From Antedon mediterranea (Eukaryota; Animalia; Echinodermata): DNA of 64,000 bases. A program made the translations under genes and the position numbers. Under the pieces are notes generated by a model. That model saw only the letters and a list, made by a program, of their open reading frames with translations. It was not told where the DNA came from and ran no database searches. The stretch lies in contig NC_092670.1 in assembly GCF_964355755.1 (NCBI RefSeq), forward strand, positions 2,222,201 to 2,286,200, given 5' to 3'. Shown here one piece after another: positions 39,601 through 52,100 of this stretch. The first letter of the stretch is position 1; the number at the start of each line of letters is the position of its first letter.

Positions 39601-42600
39601 TTACATAATTATATTTCGGTATCTTTTATTCATCAAGTATATACATAAAACAATTCATGGCAGTATAAACTGAATTGCAAACTGAGTAGTTAAATACATT
39701 ATACAAAATATACAGAATAAAAAAATGCAGTTTGTGACTTTCAATTAAATCGAAATAACATATACCAATGCCATTATATTAAATACAATATAATAAAAGT
39801 GAATTTGTGATTGCAAAAACAGAATATTCACTTTTTGCAAAAAAAGAAACAAACATACTTTCTGTATTGCTTGATGGTCCAGCTTCACTTCTTGATCGTT
39901 TACCTAAAAAGAAAGTATTTAGGACAGTAATTACAATATCCATGTTGGTGAATACTATTAATTAATATAATTTTCCCCTGCAGACCAAATTACTACCGAA
40001 TCACTGAAATTATATGGATGACCAATAAAAAGATATTTCTAGTAGAGAGTCATAGACTTTTGAAAGTTCTCGGCCCCCGTCTCTGTTTAAGGTTGGACTG
40101 GATTCTCTCTTAAAGTATAAATAGCCTCCCATATTTTCCTGGGAATTAATTTGTCCTCTCGGCATAAAACCTTGACGTTAGATTTATCAAGTTCGTGGCC
40201 TGTGATTTTAAAGTGTTCAGCAAGGGCAGACTGATTGGAGGGGGTTATTGCAATATGTTCTTCGATGCGTTCCCTCAAAGTCCTCTTTGTTTCACCTACG
40301 TAAACTTTGTCACTGCCTTTACCTGATTTGTCCTCAATGGATACTTTGTCCTTGGGAGCAACAAGAATTTGACAAAGTGTCTGATGTGGTTTAAAGCTCA
40401 GATACAGGCATGAATTTTAAATATAATATTTGGTTAATTGTACATAAATCAAATATTTGTAACAGAAATCACGACGAAAAAACATAAATTTCCCTTAATA
40501 TGGTCAAATACAAAATTTTACACAATTCCTTCCATAAAAACCAGGAAGACTTTTTTTCAGTAGTTAGGTAGTTAACCTAATGTAATAACATGTCTTGTGA
40601 CTCCCTAGAAGGTGAAAAAAGATGGTGGATACACGGTGGATAATTTTTGCTATAGCATGAAAATAAAAATCTGATAATCTGATAAAATTTTTTACCACAC
40701 TGTTTATTTTTCGTAGCTTTTTAAAATGCCTCTCTATTTACAAAATGTGTGTAAAAAAGAATAGAGATTTTACTGTGTAAAAGCCATCTGCGTCCAGAAG
40801 TAGGGAGTCAATCAGTCGTCAGTCAGCTAACACCCGCTGAGGAGGAGAATGGTTTCTCCGAAAATATTACGGAAATTCGATTTTAGTGTGAGTGTCGTAG
40901 AACAGTATTAAACCTTATTTTAATGTTTATGACCGATATATATGAATCTCTTCATTCTCATCTCAAAATATGTTATTGGTAATTGTTATTGTATTAAATA
41001 ATGTTAGAAGTTTTACAAATTTGATTTTAATTTACATTATAATTTCTTAGATGATTTTACCACAAAAAACAAGTGACATAATTTATGTAATCATATAACT
41101 TAAAATAACAAAACCTTCTAAACTTATGCATTTGTTGGAAATTTGTTTGTAATTCTGTAAAAGTGATGTCCTGATTTCCTAAATAAAGTAGAATATTAAG
41201 ACCTCAACTTTATTGAAATAAAACATACTTTCTGCTGCATTTCTGGATGGTTCAGGTTCATGACTTCTTGACCGTTTTCTTCTTGATCGTTTACTTTTTG
41301 ATCGTTTACCTATAAAAAAACATAACAATACAGTATAGATTACCATGGGTACTCTCTTTTTATATCTAAGTGGGCTTCATTTGTAACATTTATATTTTCA
41401 GGAAACATTGTTAGTCTTGTTAGTCCAAGTGTAAATATCCAGTTTTGATTACCATTTATTAAGTAATAGATTATAATTTACTTATGCGTTTATTGGAAAT
41501 TTGTTTGTAATTCTGTAAAAGTGATGTCCTGATTTCCTAAATAAGTAGAATATTAAGACCTCAACTTTATTGAAATAAAACATACTTTCTGCTGCATTTC
41601 TGGATGGTTCAGCTTCATGATTTCTTGATGGTTTTCTTTTTGATCGTTTACTTTTTGATCGTTTATTTTTTGATCGTTTTCTTCTTGATCGTTTATCTAT
41701 AAAGAAACATATAACTCAGGATATTCTTAAAGCAAAATATATAAGAAATGTTATGTGTATGGAAATGAATCGTTGGCCAAAGCTTATATTAAATACAATT
41801 ATTAGATTTAAGAATTTTAATTCAAGGTACCAATTTATTAATGAATTTGAAAAAACTTGTGATTATATTAAGTTCGATTTCAATGCCATTCTTAATGATA
41901 TATGTACATGTACTGAGATTGATATGAACTGGGTCAAGCCATTTGAAAATACAATTAAACAATCGTATTCTACTTTTTGGAAACAAGAAGTAGTAAGAAA
42001 ATCATCTTTGCTTGATTACTCTTTGTATTACAACTTTGAACTGTTTTATTTTAAAAAAAGTGTTTTCTTTTCCATTGCTGTTGCAAAATTAGTAGTTGTA
42101 TTATTGTAGTTTTAGTTTGAAAATAAGTTTTGTAATAGCGTCGAGTCAAATTTTATGTCGTTATCTCAAATATGTTTCTGTTTTTATTTTTCATTGTTTT
42201 TGTATTAAATTTTGTAATTGGTATGGACGCACCATCTACGCATGTGTGCCACTGTTAAAAAAGTGTTGTTCCAAATAAATATTGTTATTATTATTATATT
42301 ATTATTATTATAGATTACCATGTTTACTCTCTTTTTATATCTAAGTGGCTTCATTTGTAACATTTATATTTTCAAGAAACATTGTTAGTCCAAGTGTAAA
42401 TATCCAGTTTTGGTTACCATTTATTAAGTAATAGATATAATTTTAGTTACAAACACAAAAAAACTATGATATTAAATGAATCTCAATTTTGTAGCAAGTT
42501 TTTTGTTTCAAATTATTTAACAATAATTTTTATTTTTAAATGATTTACAGTATGGATAAAACTTAGTGTTAACCATTAATGCAATCAATGCTAAGAAAAA

Positions 42601-45600
42601 TGTTCAGTGCTTGAGAACGTTTGCTAAAAACATATTATTTATTCATGTCTAGATTTACATTTTTTTTGTTTAAAGTATTGTAGTGGTACTGTTGGTAGTC
42701 TCTTGATGCTAGCAGAGTATTAAGAGTTTATTAACAATATGTTTAAAATGAGCTATGTGTAAGAAATAAAGGCAACATACCCAAGCTTGAACTTCTTGAT
42801 TTTTCAAGCTCCCCTAAAAAAAGAATAAAAATACAAATCTCAGTTAAAATTACTTAGAAAATAAGTACGGTTTAGGAAGGCATTTAAACAAAAATACAGA
42901 TTCAGCCAGTCTAATTTGTGCTGGAAAAGCATTCCAGAACACGGGGCTTATATACTATAGTTACAATAGTCCATTCTGTCATTAACACTAAGGTTAGATG
43001 GACATGTTTATTACAGTTACCATACTGTATTATTGCTTTTTATATAATAATAATTGATTATTCTGTCTGATAATATTTTTCAACATAATATGTAGGAACA
43101 ATGACAGCAAATGCACAATGTGCCTTCAGCGGTTGCCAAATTTAGGGCATGTTACTTAAAACTTGGATTTAACCACTGTTTAAGTTGATGAAAGAAAGTT
43201 AGTGCCTGTCATTGCCTTGTAAAACTTGTATTCAAAGAACACAACAATACCTCCAATAAGGTTATCTCCATTGAAGCTACTATTTCCAGGTACTTCGCTC
43301 GGTAGGATTGCAGATTTATTTTGAACTGTAAAAAATTAATTAGAAAAGGAAAATTAAAAGTTTACACATAGGAACCGTAGACTTGCTTGGATCAACTCAT
43401 ACAGTTTTTTTCAAATGTAAAGACAGACTATATTTGCAAAGATGCACTACTGTTGAAATATTGCATAAAAGCAATATAACAAGAGTACCAACAATTGTTG
43501 ATGAAAATTACCACAATCATCATGCACCGCAAAATGAAAACTACAGCAATTTGATCAAATCCATTATGTTTTGGTTGTTTTCTGAATGAATGAATGATTT
43601 CTAAAAGTTTCTACAACCAGTATTTGTTCACTGTTGTGAATAGTTAGAGCCAAATTTGATGAATTTTGCCATAATTTAGTGTAAAGTAAAATTGAGTAGA
43701 TGCAGATGTTGTTCTGAGATTGAGTTATGGTACATGTCAGGTAAACATTAGGTACCAAACATCTAGGGCCCTTGCAAATTGTGTATAATTATAGTAAGAC
43801 ATTTTAAAAGCAGTAGTTATTAAAAAAACAGAAAATTAATTGTAGTAAATTAGATGGCAGTGAGAGAGAGTAAGTGGATAATGTGATGGCACTTTTATGA
43901 AAAGTGTCTTTTCAATTCTTCCAATTCTAAGTTATGTAATGTATAATAAAATACCTTTTAGTACTTGCATAGGTCCTTTAAGTTCCATGCGGTTTAAGTG
44001 TTTAATAAATGATTGCATATTTCCCTCACAGATTATGTTTCTCATCTCAAGGTCCATAATCAAATGCCACTGATCATCATAAACCTGTTCTGCATCATTA
44101 TAAAAGTCATTTATTTTCCGTATATCTTTCTCAGTCAGCTCTTCTCCAAATTGTATCAACATTAGTCTGTGAGGAGTGAATTTCAAAATTGGAATTTTTC
44201 TAACATTTTGGTTTGTTCCAATTTCTTCGTAAATTTTACTTGCCAATCCAAATTGTTCTGTTGCTTTTATGGTTTCATAAAACAAAGTTAAGTCATGGCT
44301 TGTTAAATGTTCTCTCTCCATTAAGAAGTTTAGCAGCTGATTTGTGTTAGATGCTTTATCTAACTGACCATTTGACAAGAGATCTTTATACAGAATTTTC
44401 AGCTTATTGAGTAAATGACGACGATCATACCACTGTGAAAATTTTACTTTAATGATTTTAAAGTTAACTTGCTCTTGAGTTTCTACAAAAATAAGAACAG
44501 AAACATTTAAAAAACAGAAATATTATGGAAAATAAACTATTTTTGGTATGTTTACAATACCAAATTACAATAAATTAAATTGTCAATGCCTAAACAATAT
44601 TGAAAATGACACCAATCCTTTTGAACAGAACATACTTTCTTGAGGACTATCTTCCCGGATTGATTGTCTACCTGTAAAGAAAGTAGATTGGTACAGTAGT
44701 TACAATATCAGTTTGATATAAGAAATACAAGTTTTATATTATTCATTGCCTTATTAAAGTAGATATTGTTGATATTGAATACAAAACATACTTTCTAGAG
44801 GACCTGGTGGGCTAACGTCTTGTTTACCTGTAAATAAATGGTTTAATATTATAGTTGAAATGTCAGTAGTGTTATATCAGTAGTAGCAGGTACATGTATT
44901 TGCTGTAACTACATTTATTTATACACAGTTGTAGGATGCAGTAAAAGTATTTCTGCATTATGGTAGTGGATTACTGACTGATTACTTTTTTAATTTTTTA
45001 TAATTGGACTACTGTACAAGGAATCATAGATAGAAACAAATTTTACAATTGTAAAATGAATTCATTGAACCAGGGTCATCATCTCTAAATCACATGTGCC
45101 TCAATTGCCAAAATTTCAGTTCATAATTCGCATATAGTTACCGCTGTTTAAATATGTGACACGTCCACCTGAATTTTTGGTTGTGAAAATATTTTAGTGT
45201 TTTCATCAAGCAATTAATAAATATCTGACAAGGCTGAAAGTTGCTGTCCAAGCTACTGCAAGTTTCCAATCCATATTGTAGCCTTCAGTATAGGCTATCC
45301 TAAACTGGAAAATCATCATCAAATGCTTTCTGGTAAAATTGTGAGATTTTGACCCATCATTATGATTGTTGGACAGGTCTCCATGAGACTATACTTTTTT
45401 CTGAGTAAATATTGCATAATATCTATAAACAAGTAAAGTTTGCATATCTCAACTCTATTGACTCAACTCAACTCAATCCAAGTTTTTTGGATGGGGAAAG
45501 GGGGGCTACTTGACAATGCAATAAAATAGGAACAATGTTTTTACCTTGTTTTTATTGAAGGATATTCAAACTTTATTTTAATTTTCATTAAACCAATTGA

Positions 45601-46079
45601 GGTACATTCAATTTTTAGCAAAATCAGAGATGATGGTGACCCTGGACATTTCTGTTAAATTGGTTGCTTTGTCATGGAATGACATAATATAGAACCACAG
45701 TTGTTTTTAATCTCATTGAATCCCATACAACACATGTAACATACCCAAGCCTGAACTTCTTGATTGTTGAAGATCCCCTGCAAAAACAAACCTTTATCTT
45801 TGAATTTCATACACAAATTGAACATTACTACTGCCAATTACTGAAGATTTTACACACAGTGTTTAGTTCAGAACACATGGACTTTGCATTCTTGAACTGT
45901 TGTGCAATAAATTAACTTTCTGATATTCTGTGGATGTGGGTGAAGCGAGAGGGTTAGCAGATGTTATGGTTATTCTTTAAGAAACATTCTCTGGGTCGAA
46001 TGGAGGATTTTGTGATACAGGGTGCGAGAAATACTGCAATAGCTCAGCCCCACAGTAGTATGGGCTGAGTTAAGAAATG

Positions 46080-46124
<45 letters not shown>

Positions 46125-49100
46125 TTAAAACCTAGGGATCATCTTAAAATTTCTGAAAAGTTATACCCATATTGACTTACTACAATTTTTCAATTATTTT
46201 AAACAATTTTTTATTGTTGAAAACACATTTTTAATATAATTTAGGGTGTGTGATCGTACCAAACATAATTGTTGTTGTTTTCAACAGTAGTTTTTAAGCT
46301 TCAAAGAATTGCTATCCACTCAGACAATTCAACTAAGAGCTTATTAGTAAAGATATCTACATATTAAGCAAAAAAGTTTGAGTTCAAATCTTGGTTAGAA
46401 AAACTTTTATTTTCTCCAAATTACAATTTTACATTGTACAGTATTAGCATTTTCAGGGTCTTTGTAGTTAGTTTCCAATACTTTTTAGAAGTTCAAATAA
46501 TGCAAGAAAGAATAATGAAAGAAAGAAATGACAACTATTGTACTTTTAGAGATCAAGATGGAGAGTAACTTTTATTCATGAAGCATTCTGGGAACTAAGA
46601 ATTATGAAGTCATACAAATATTTTAGATACAGATATGTGATAACACGTATATATATACCCTAATAATTTACTTTATTATTGCTGTTATCACTTTTAGTTT
46701 AATACATTACTTACATACAAATGGTAACTCATGTCTTTCATTTGGTTTTTGTAGTGTTAGTATCTTTGTACTAAATTCTTGTTTCTTTTTTTTCTTGTTT
46801 TTCCTGTTTCTTTTCTTGTTCTTCCTGTTTCTTTTCTTGTTCTTTCTTGTTACAATAAACATACTCCAACTTTCAACTTTCCATATTTCATTAGCAGTTA
46901 TAGTCTGTAAAATAATTTACATCTTGTTTAGATAATTAGAACGTTGGTACAATATGCTACTAATTTTTCCACTTAATGTGTACTGATTAAGATATTTTAT
47001 AGTTAATTGGCTATTAAAATACATTTAGACAAACCAAATACGGATATTCCAGAATATTGCACACATTGTCTGTGACCAGCACACAATATGAATCTGCTTT
47101 ATTTCTTTATCCACAATAATTTTTACTAAAAATTAAAAATAGCAAGTGTTTGCTTCACGTTACTTGGGGTCGTGTTGAATGCACAAAACGAGGTATTTTT
47201 CAGTGGTTACCTAACACATTTAATAGTGTGCTTGTTACTTGTTTGGATATTGATTTATTTTATGATAGTTTAAATGTATTTAAGTCCGATCTTTGTTTAT
47301 GTTGTTGTTGCATATTTGAATGTATTATTACCTCCACCAAGGAGGTTATGTTTTCACCCCTGTATGTTTGTGTGTGTCTGTGAACAGCCTGGAGGCCACA
47401 GTTTTTATCCGAATCTCACCAAATTTATCAACAATGATCTATGCCTCAAAAGCTCGGACGAATTCGAATTTGAGGGGAAAAGGTCATAGGTCACAACTAA
47501 CAAAAAAACTATTTTACTGCCTAGAGACGACAGTTTTTATCCGATTCTCACCAAACTTAGCCACAATGATCAATGACACATCATATAATTGTGGTGAAAT
47601 TTTGAAGGGTCAGGGTCAAAGATCAAGGTCCACAAAAAACTAAAAAAAAAAGAAAAAAAAAATAATAAAAAAAAAACCTCAGTGGGAACTGAGAGGCTGG
47701 ATACATAACCATTATCATTTCCTCACTGAGGACAAATATTAATACAAAATACAAAAATTACACCACACTGTCATCCACAACTTTGTAGTGTGCAGTTAAC
47801 ATATTTACACTTAGAACTAATAAAAAAATATGTAAAAAAAAAAAATATTCAGGGGGCATTTTATGTAGGGGAATTTTACAGTAGGCGGAGGTTTGTACTC
47901 TCGGAGTACCCTCTAGTTATAGTTTATTATGTTTAGATTCAACCTGTTAGTGGCGGTTTCATCGCTGTTGGTTGTCAACTGAATAAAATAAAATGAAATA
48001 AATTTTAATTTCTGAAATTCAGTAAACAGCTTGCATACATCATAAATTTACAATTTGACCCTGTAGAATTTTATTCAAATATTTTGATTGATGACGATGA
48101 ATGGAATGTTCCAAAGGATACTCAGGATATTCTGAAATAAATCATTGAATAAAACCAGTACTGTATGCAAAAACATTTTAGGGTTATAATGAACTATTTT
48201 AGAATCTGTGTACTTTGTAAAAAAAATGTTGCTCAACAGCTTTAACCAAGTATTTGGGGTTTTCAGAAAATTTTTTAGTGTCGGAATTGATGAACGAAGA
48301 TTCCTCGAACCGTTCGATTATGATAGCCTAAGATTAAACTCTAGGCCATAGGCTATAGGTATTTTTTTCACTGGTTAAGAGTATTTCCTCCTTGGTACCT
48401 CCTTCCTCTTCCTATTATTTTTATACTCTATATTTTATCCTAATAATTTAAGATTTATTGAATTAATCAAATTGTTTCATTCATCGATTTTAATATTTTA
48501 TTTATTAATCTATGACTTTGCACTTATTTGTATAATCATACCTGTGTTGGAGGCTTCACATCCCAATCTTCTTTGTTTTCTACTTCAATGTCCATATCAG
48601 TGTGCAACAAATCTATATATTTGGGAATTTGTATAGGTATTTCCCCAAATAAGTGACTCTCTCTGAATACCTCCTGAAAGTAATGTATAGAAGGAAATCT
48701 AGATATAGTCTGGAAGACAAGTGAGACTTTAGTAGATGTTTCATTGTATTACTTTTACTATTTTGTTAAAAATAAAATGATGTAAAAAAGCTAATATTCT
48801 GCAACCCCGGGGAGTTTGAAGGGTGGAAATCACTTTTTCAAGCTATAGAGACCATGCCAGGCTGTAGGCAGATTTCATCTACATCATCTAATTTTTTTGG
48901 ATGCCACTTGCAGTATTTTTTTTCAATTTGTGCCTTCTGGAAGAAGAGAGAGCCTGTAACAATGCTGGCTATAGGCTTTTATTGTAGGATAGTCAACTTA
49001 CATTTAAAAGTAGATACATTTTTTTTAAAGTATAGTAGGTTTGACATTGATTTTCATGACTGAAGCAAATACTCTATTTATTGGGTGGTGACATATTATA

Positions 49101-52100
49101 CAAATTTTCAATTGTATTATGTATTGAATTACAATCAAAATAATATACAGTATGACTTTTACAATAAACAAACAATAAATTACCTTTTCTCTATCAGTGT
49201 CCCAAGTTCTTACTCGAAGTTGATACTTGTTAATCAATACCTTTCCAAACACACCTAACCTTGCTGTTTTTTTACAAGGACCTCTATTTGTTATTGTAGG
49301 CCTACCAGTAAGACCATATTTAGAAAAATGTTTTGAATGTACACAACACTGTCCATTGTTTAAAGAAAAGGTTATGTCATCATCTTCATTACTGTCCAGT
49401 TTTATTCTTCTCCATTCACCATGACACGTTGTAACAAGTAAAGTGAATTCCCAACACTCTTCATCTACAGCATTATGTGGAAATGACAGCAAGCAGTGGT
49501 TTCTAAAGACTGTGCCTGGTGGTCCACATCTAACAACAGGTGAAAGTATTGTTTCAAGAGAATCTGATAACAAATCACTAGGGAATGAGGTATTTTCTAG
49601 TGAGACTTTAACATTCTTTCCTTCTTCAATTGCTCCAGGATTTATCACCAACTTTGTGTCTTTATCCTTAAGATAGAGAGTTTCGCCTTTGGAGTCCACA
49701 ATTAACTCCACAATTTGGTCTGTGGAATCAAAATGCTTTATAAATTTAATATATGTTGTAATTATATGTGGTTTATTAACATAACTAGATGGTACGCTAG
49801 ATTTGTACATAATATACGGCGACTGAAAACGCTAGCTCATTATCCGTTAAAAAAAATCTATATCCAACCTCTGCAGCACAGATTGAAAAAAAAATGGATC
49901 GAATTTCTGTTATGAGTATACAGTACTTGCCTTTACGACGCCTGAGGGAACAGACACTTGTGGAACAGAGATTGGAATGTTCCATTCATTTCAAAAAAAT
50001 ACATTTGCATAAACGTATATTAAATCTATCAAAATAGTATTTTTTTAAGAAAATCGGCCTGTCTTCAACATTATGATACTGTACTCGAGCTGTTCAACCG
50101 GTTTTCAGCTATTAAAAACAATTATCGTAGGAGGAGATAGGAAAATGCGAAGCCTCCTCACATTTTGGTGGCGGGTATTTTTCAAGATGGACATCCATTA
50201 GACAGTGTATACCACGATCGGAAAACACCCCTATTTGGGGCAAATCGTTGAACCTAAATTCGTTTTAATCGTCAATAACTAATTATCTAACTTAATTTAA
50301 TTAGTAAACAGGGTTACATCAGGTGGTTAAAATTAGTACCGAAAGTACGAACCAACTTTATATACCATCGAGTAAAAATTCTAAAAGTAAGGCGCGATTT
50401 ACCGAATTTTGCCCTTACGTAAATTTATATATAGATAATAATAATAACACTAACAATAATAATAATAATAATAATTGCCATGTATTTTTTTTTGTGTGCT
50501 GTCTTCTGTTCTATGATTTAGATGTTAAAATCTCTTAAAGGTGAAGCTTTAAAATTAGCACAGTACATTACGGAATAATTGTTAAGCAAATACACAAACA
50601 TGGTAATTACACTTTTGTTATATAATTATAATTATTTTTCTTTTTCCTCATCACCTGGTATATAATTAAAAATGTTTGTGTTTAACTCATAGTATCGCTA
50701 AAATATTTTGGCATTGAAAAGTCCATATTAATATGCACTCTAAAAGAATAGCTTACAATACCTGGCTCTGATGCAAAAAATGTAAACGGTTTTCGTTGTT
50801 TTTCAGTTGATTTATGGGAAGAACCTATTAAAAAATAAAATATGAACTATAATACTAAACAAATTTTATTATCCTTAATATACTAAATTTTGGAAAGCTG
50901 TCTATGAAGGTCCTTCTTCTAATTTCAGTTTCATAAATTATCAATTTGATATGTTTGTAAAACTAAAAAAAAGGAGTATGCACATATCAAAATTGGGATA
51001 GTTTCTCACAATATTTTTTAACAAATCAACAATAAATAATAAAACAATTATTAATTTTAAAAAACTTTAAAATAATGTTATTTCAATTATAGGAATCATG
51101 CGTTATTCTATAAGTAAGGTATACCTGCTAGTTGTATTTCATATCTTTTTTCAACAATATCTTTCTGAAACATATCAGCAAGATTGTTACTGCCATGTTG
51201 AATTAGTGCAATGCAAAATACTTCAAGTTGATTCCATTGGATATCAATATTGGTTCTCCAAAAATTCATCATTTCTTTGGTAGATGTAATTAGCTCACTT
51301 CCAAACTTTGTCACCGTTAATGAGCTAAGACCCAGATGAACACCAAACAATTTCCAGTTATGAATTTCTTCAGATACTTTTCTAATAATTTGATCATCCA
51401 CGTACCCTATGATAGAAAAATTAGCTTTGACTTTGAATATAGGCTATTCCTAAGTAAATTAACTTTTAAAATTTGCAATCCTTAGATTTTTAATGCCATA
51501 AAAAACCTACTAAATCTTACCTTCGTTATGAGATCGTGATGGTATAGCTATAAAAATAAATAAATAGATATAAATTTGTCAATCAGTATACATCTTTATA
51601 ATATTACTAAAAACAATCTCAAAAACTGTATTCCAAATTTTTTCAAATTCAACACTATTGGACCATACCAAACTAAAACTACTTACTTTCATCTTGAGAT
51701 TTTAAAGTTTCTGTAACAGTAAATATATGTAAATTAATCAATAATGTAGGGTGAATCCAGTAACGTAAAGGATACTGGTACTAGAGGGCGTAATGTGGTC
51801 TGATTCCTGTAAAAGTTGGCTTGTGAGAGATCGGTCACCATTGCATAAAATGGAACACCAACTTTTCTGCGTAGAATAGACCCACTGTAGAACCATTTTT
51901 TATTTGACTTGCAGGCCAGTTAGACAGCCTTTTTTCCCCATTTCGAGTGGGGTTTGTCTGAAACAACTCAGATCCACCACTGATAATGTCAACACATTAT
52001 ACTATGGGATACTGAAAAATATCAAAATATATGTGTATAACTTTAAATGCCTTGCCTTTTGGTAGCACAGCTTCCCCAAACAATTTACGGTAAAGTTTAA

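Noticed and set aside
13230-44482. Caspase-8/cFLIP or NLR orthology for the tandem-DED exons
   Set aside because: No caspase QACxG or NACHT/NB-ARC motifs are visible anywhere in the window.
48030-48131. Possible extra exon between the UPA exons
   Set aside because: Open only in phase 1, whereas the flanking exons 48542 and 46904 join directly in phase 0; phase 0 reading hits TGA.
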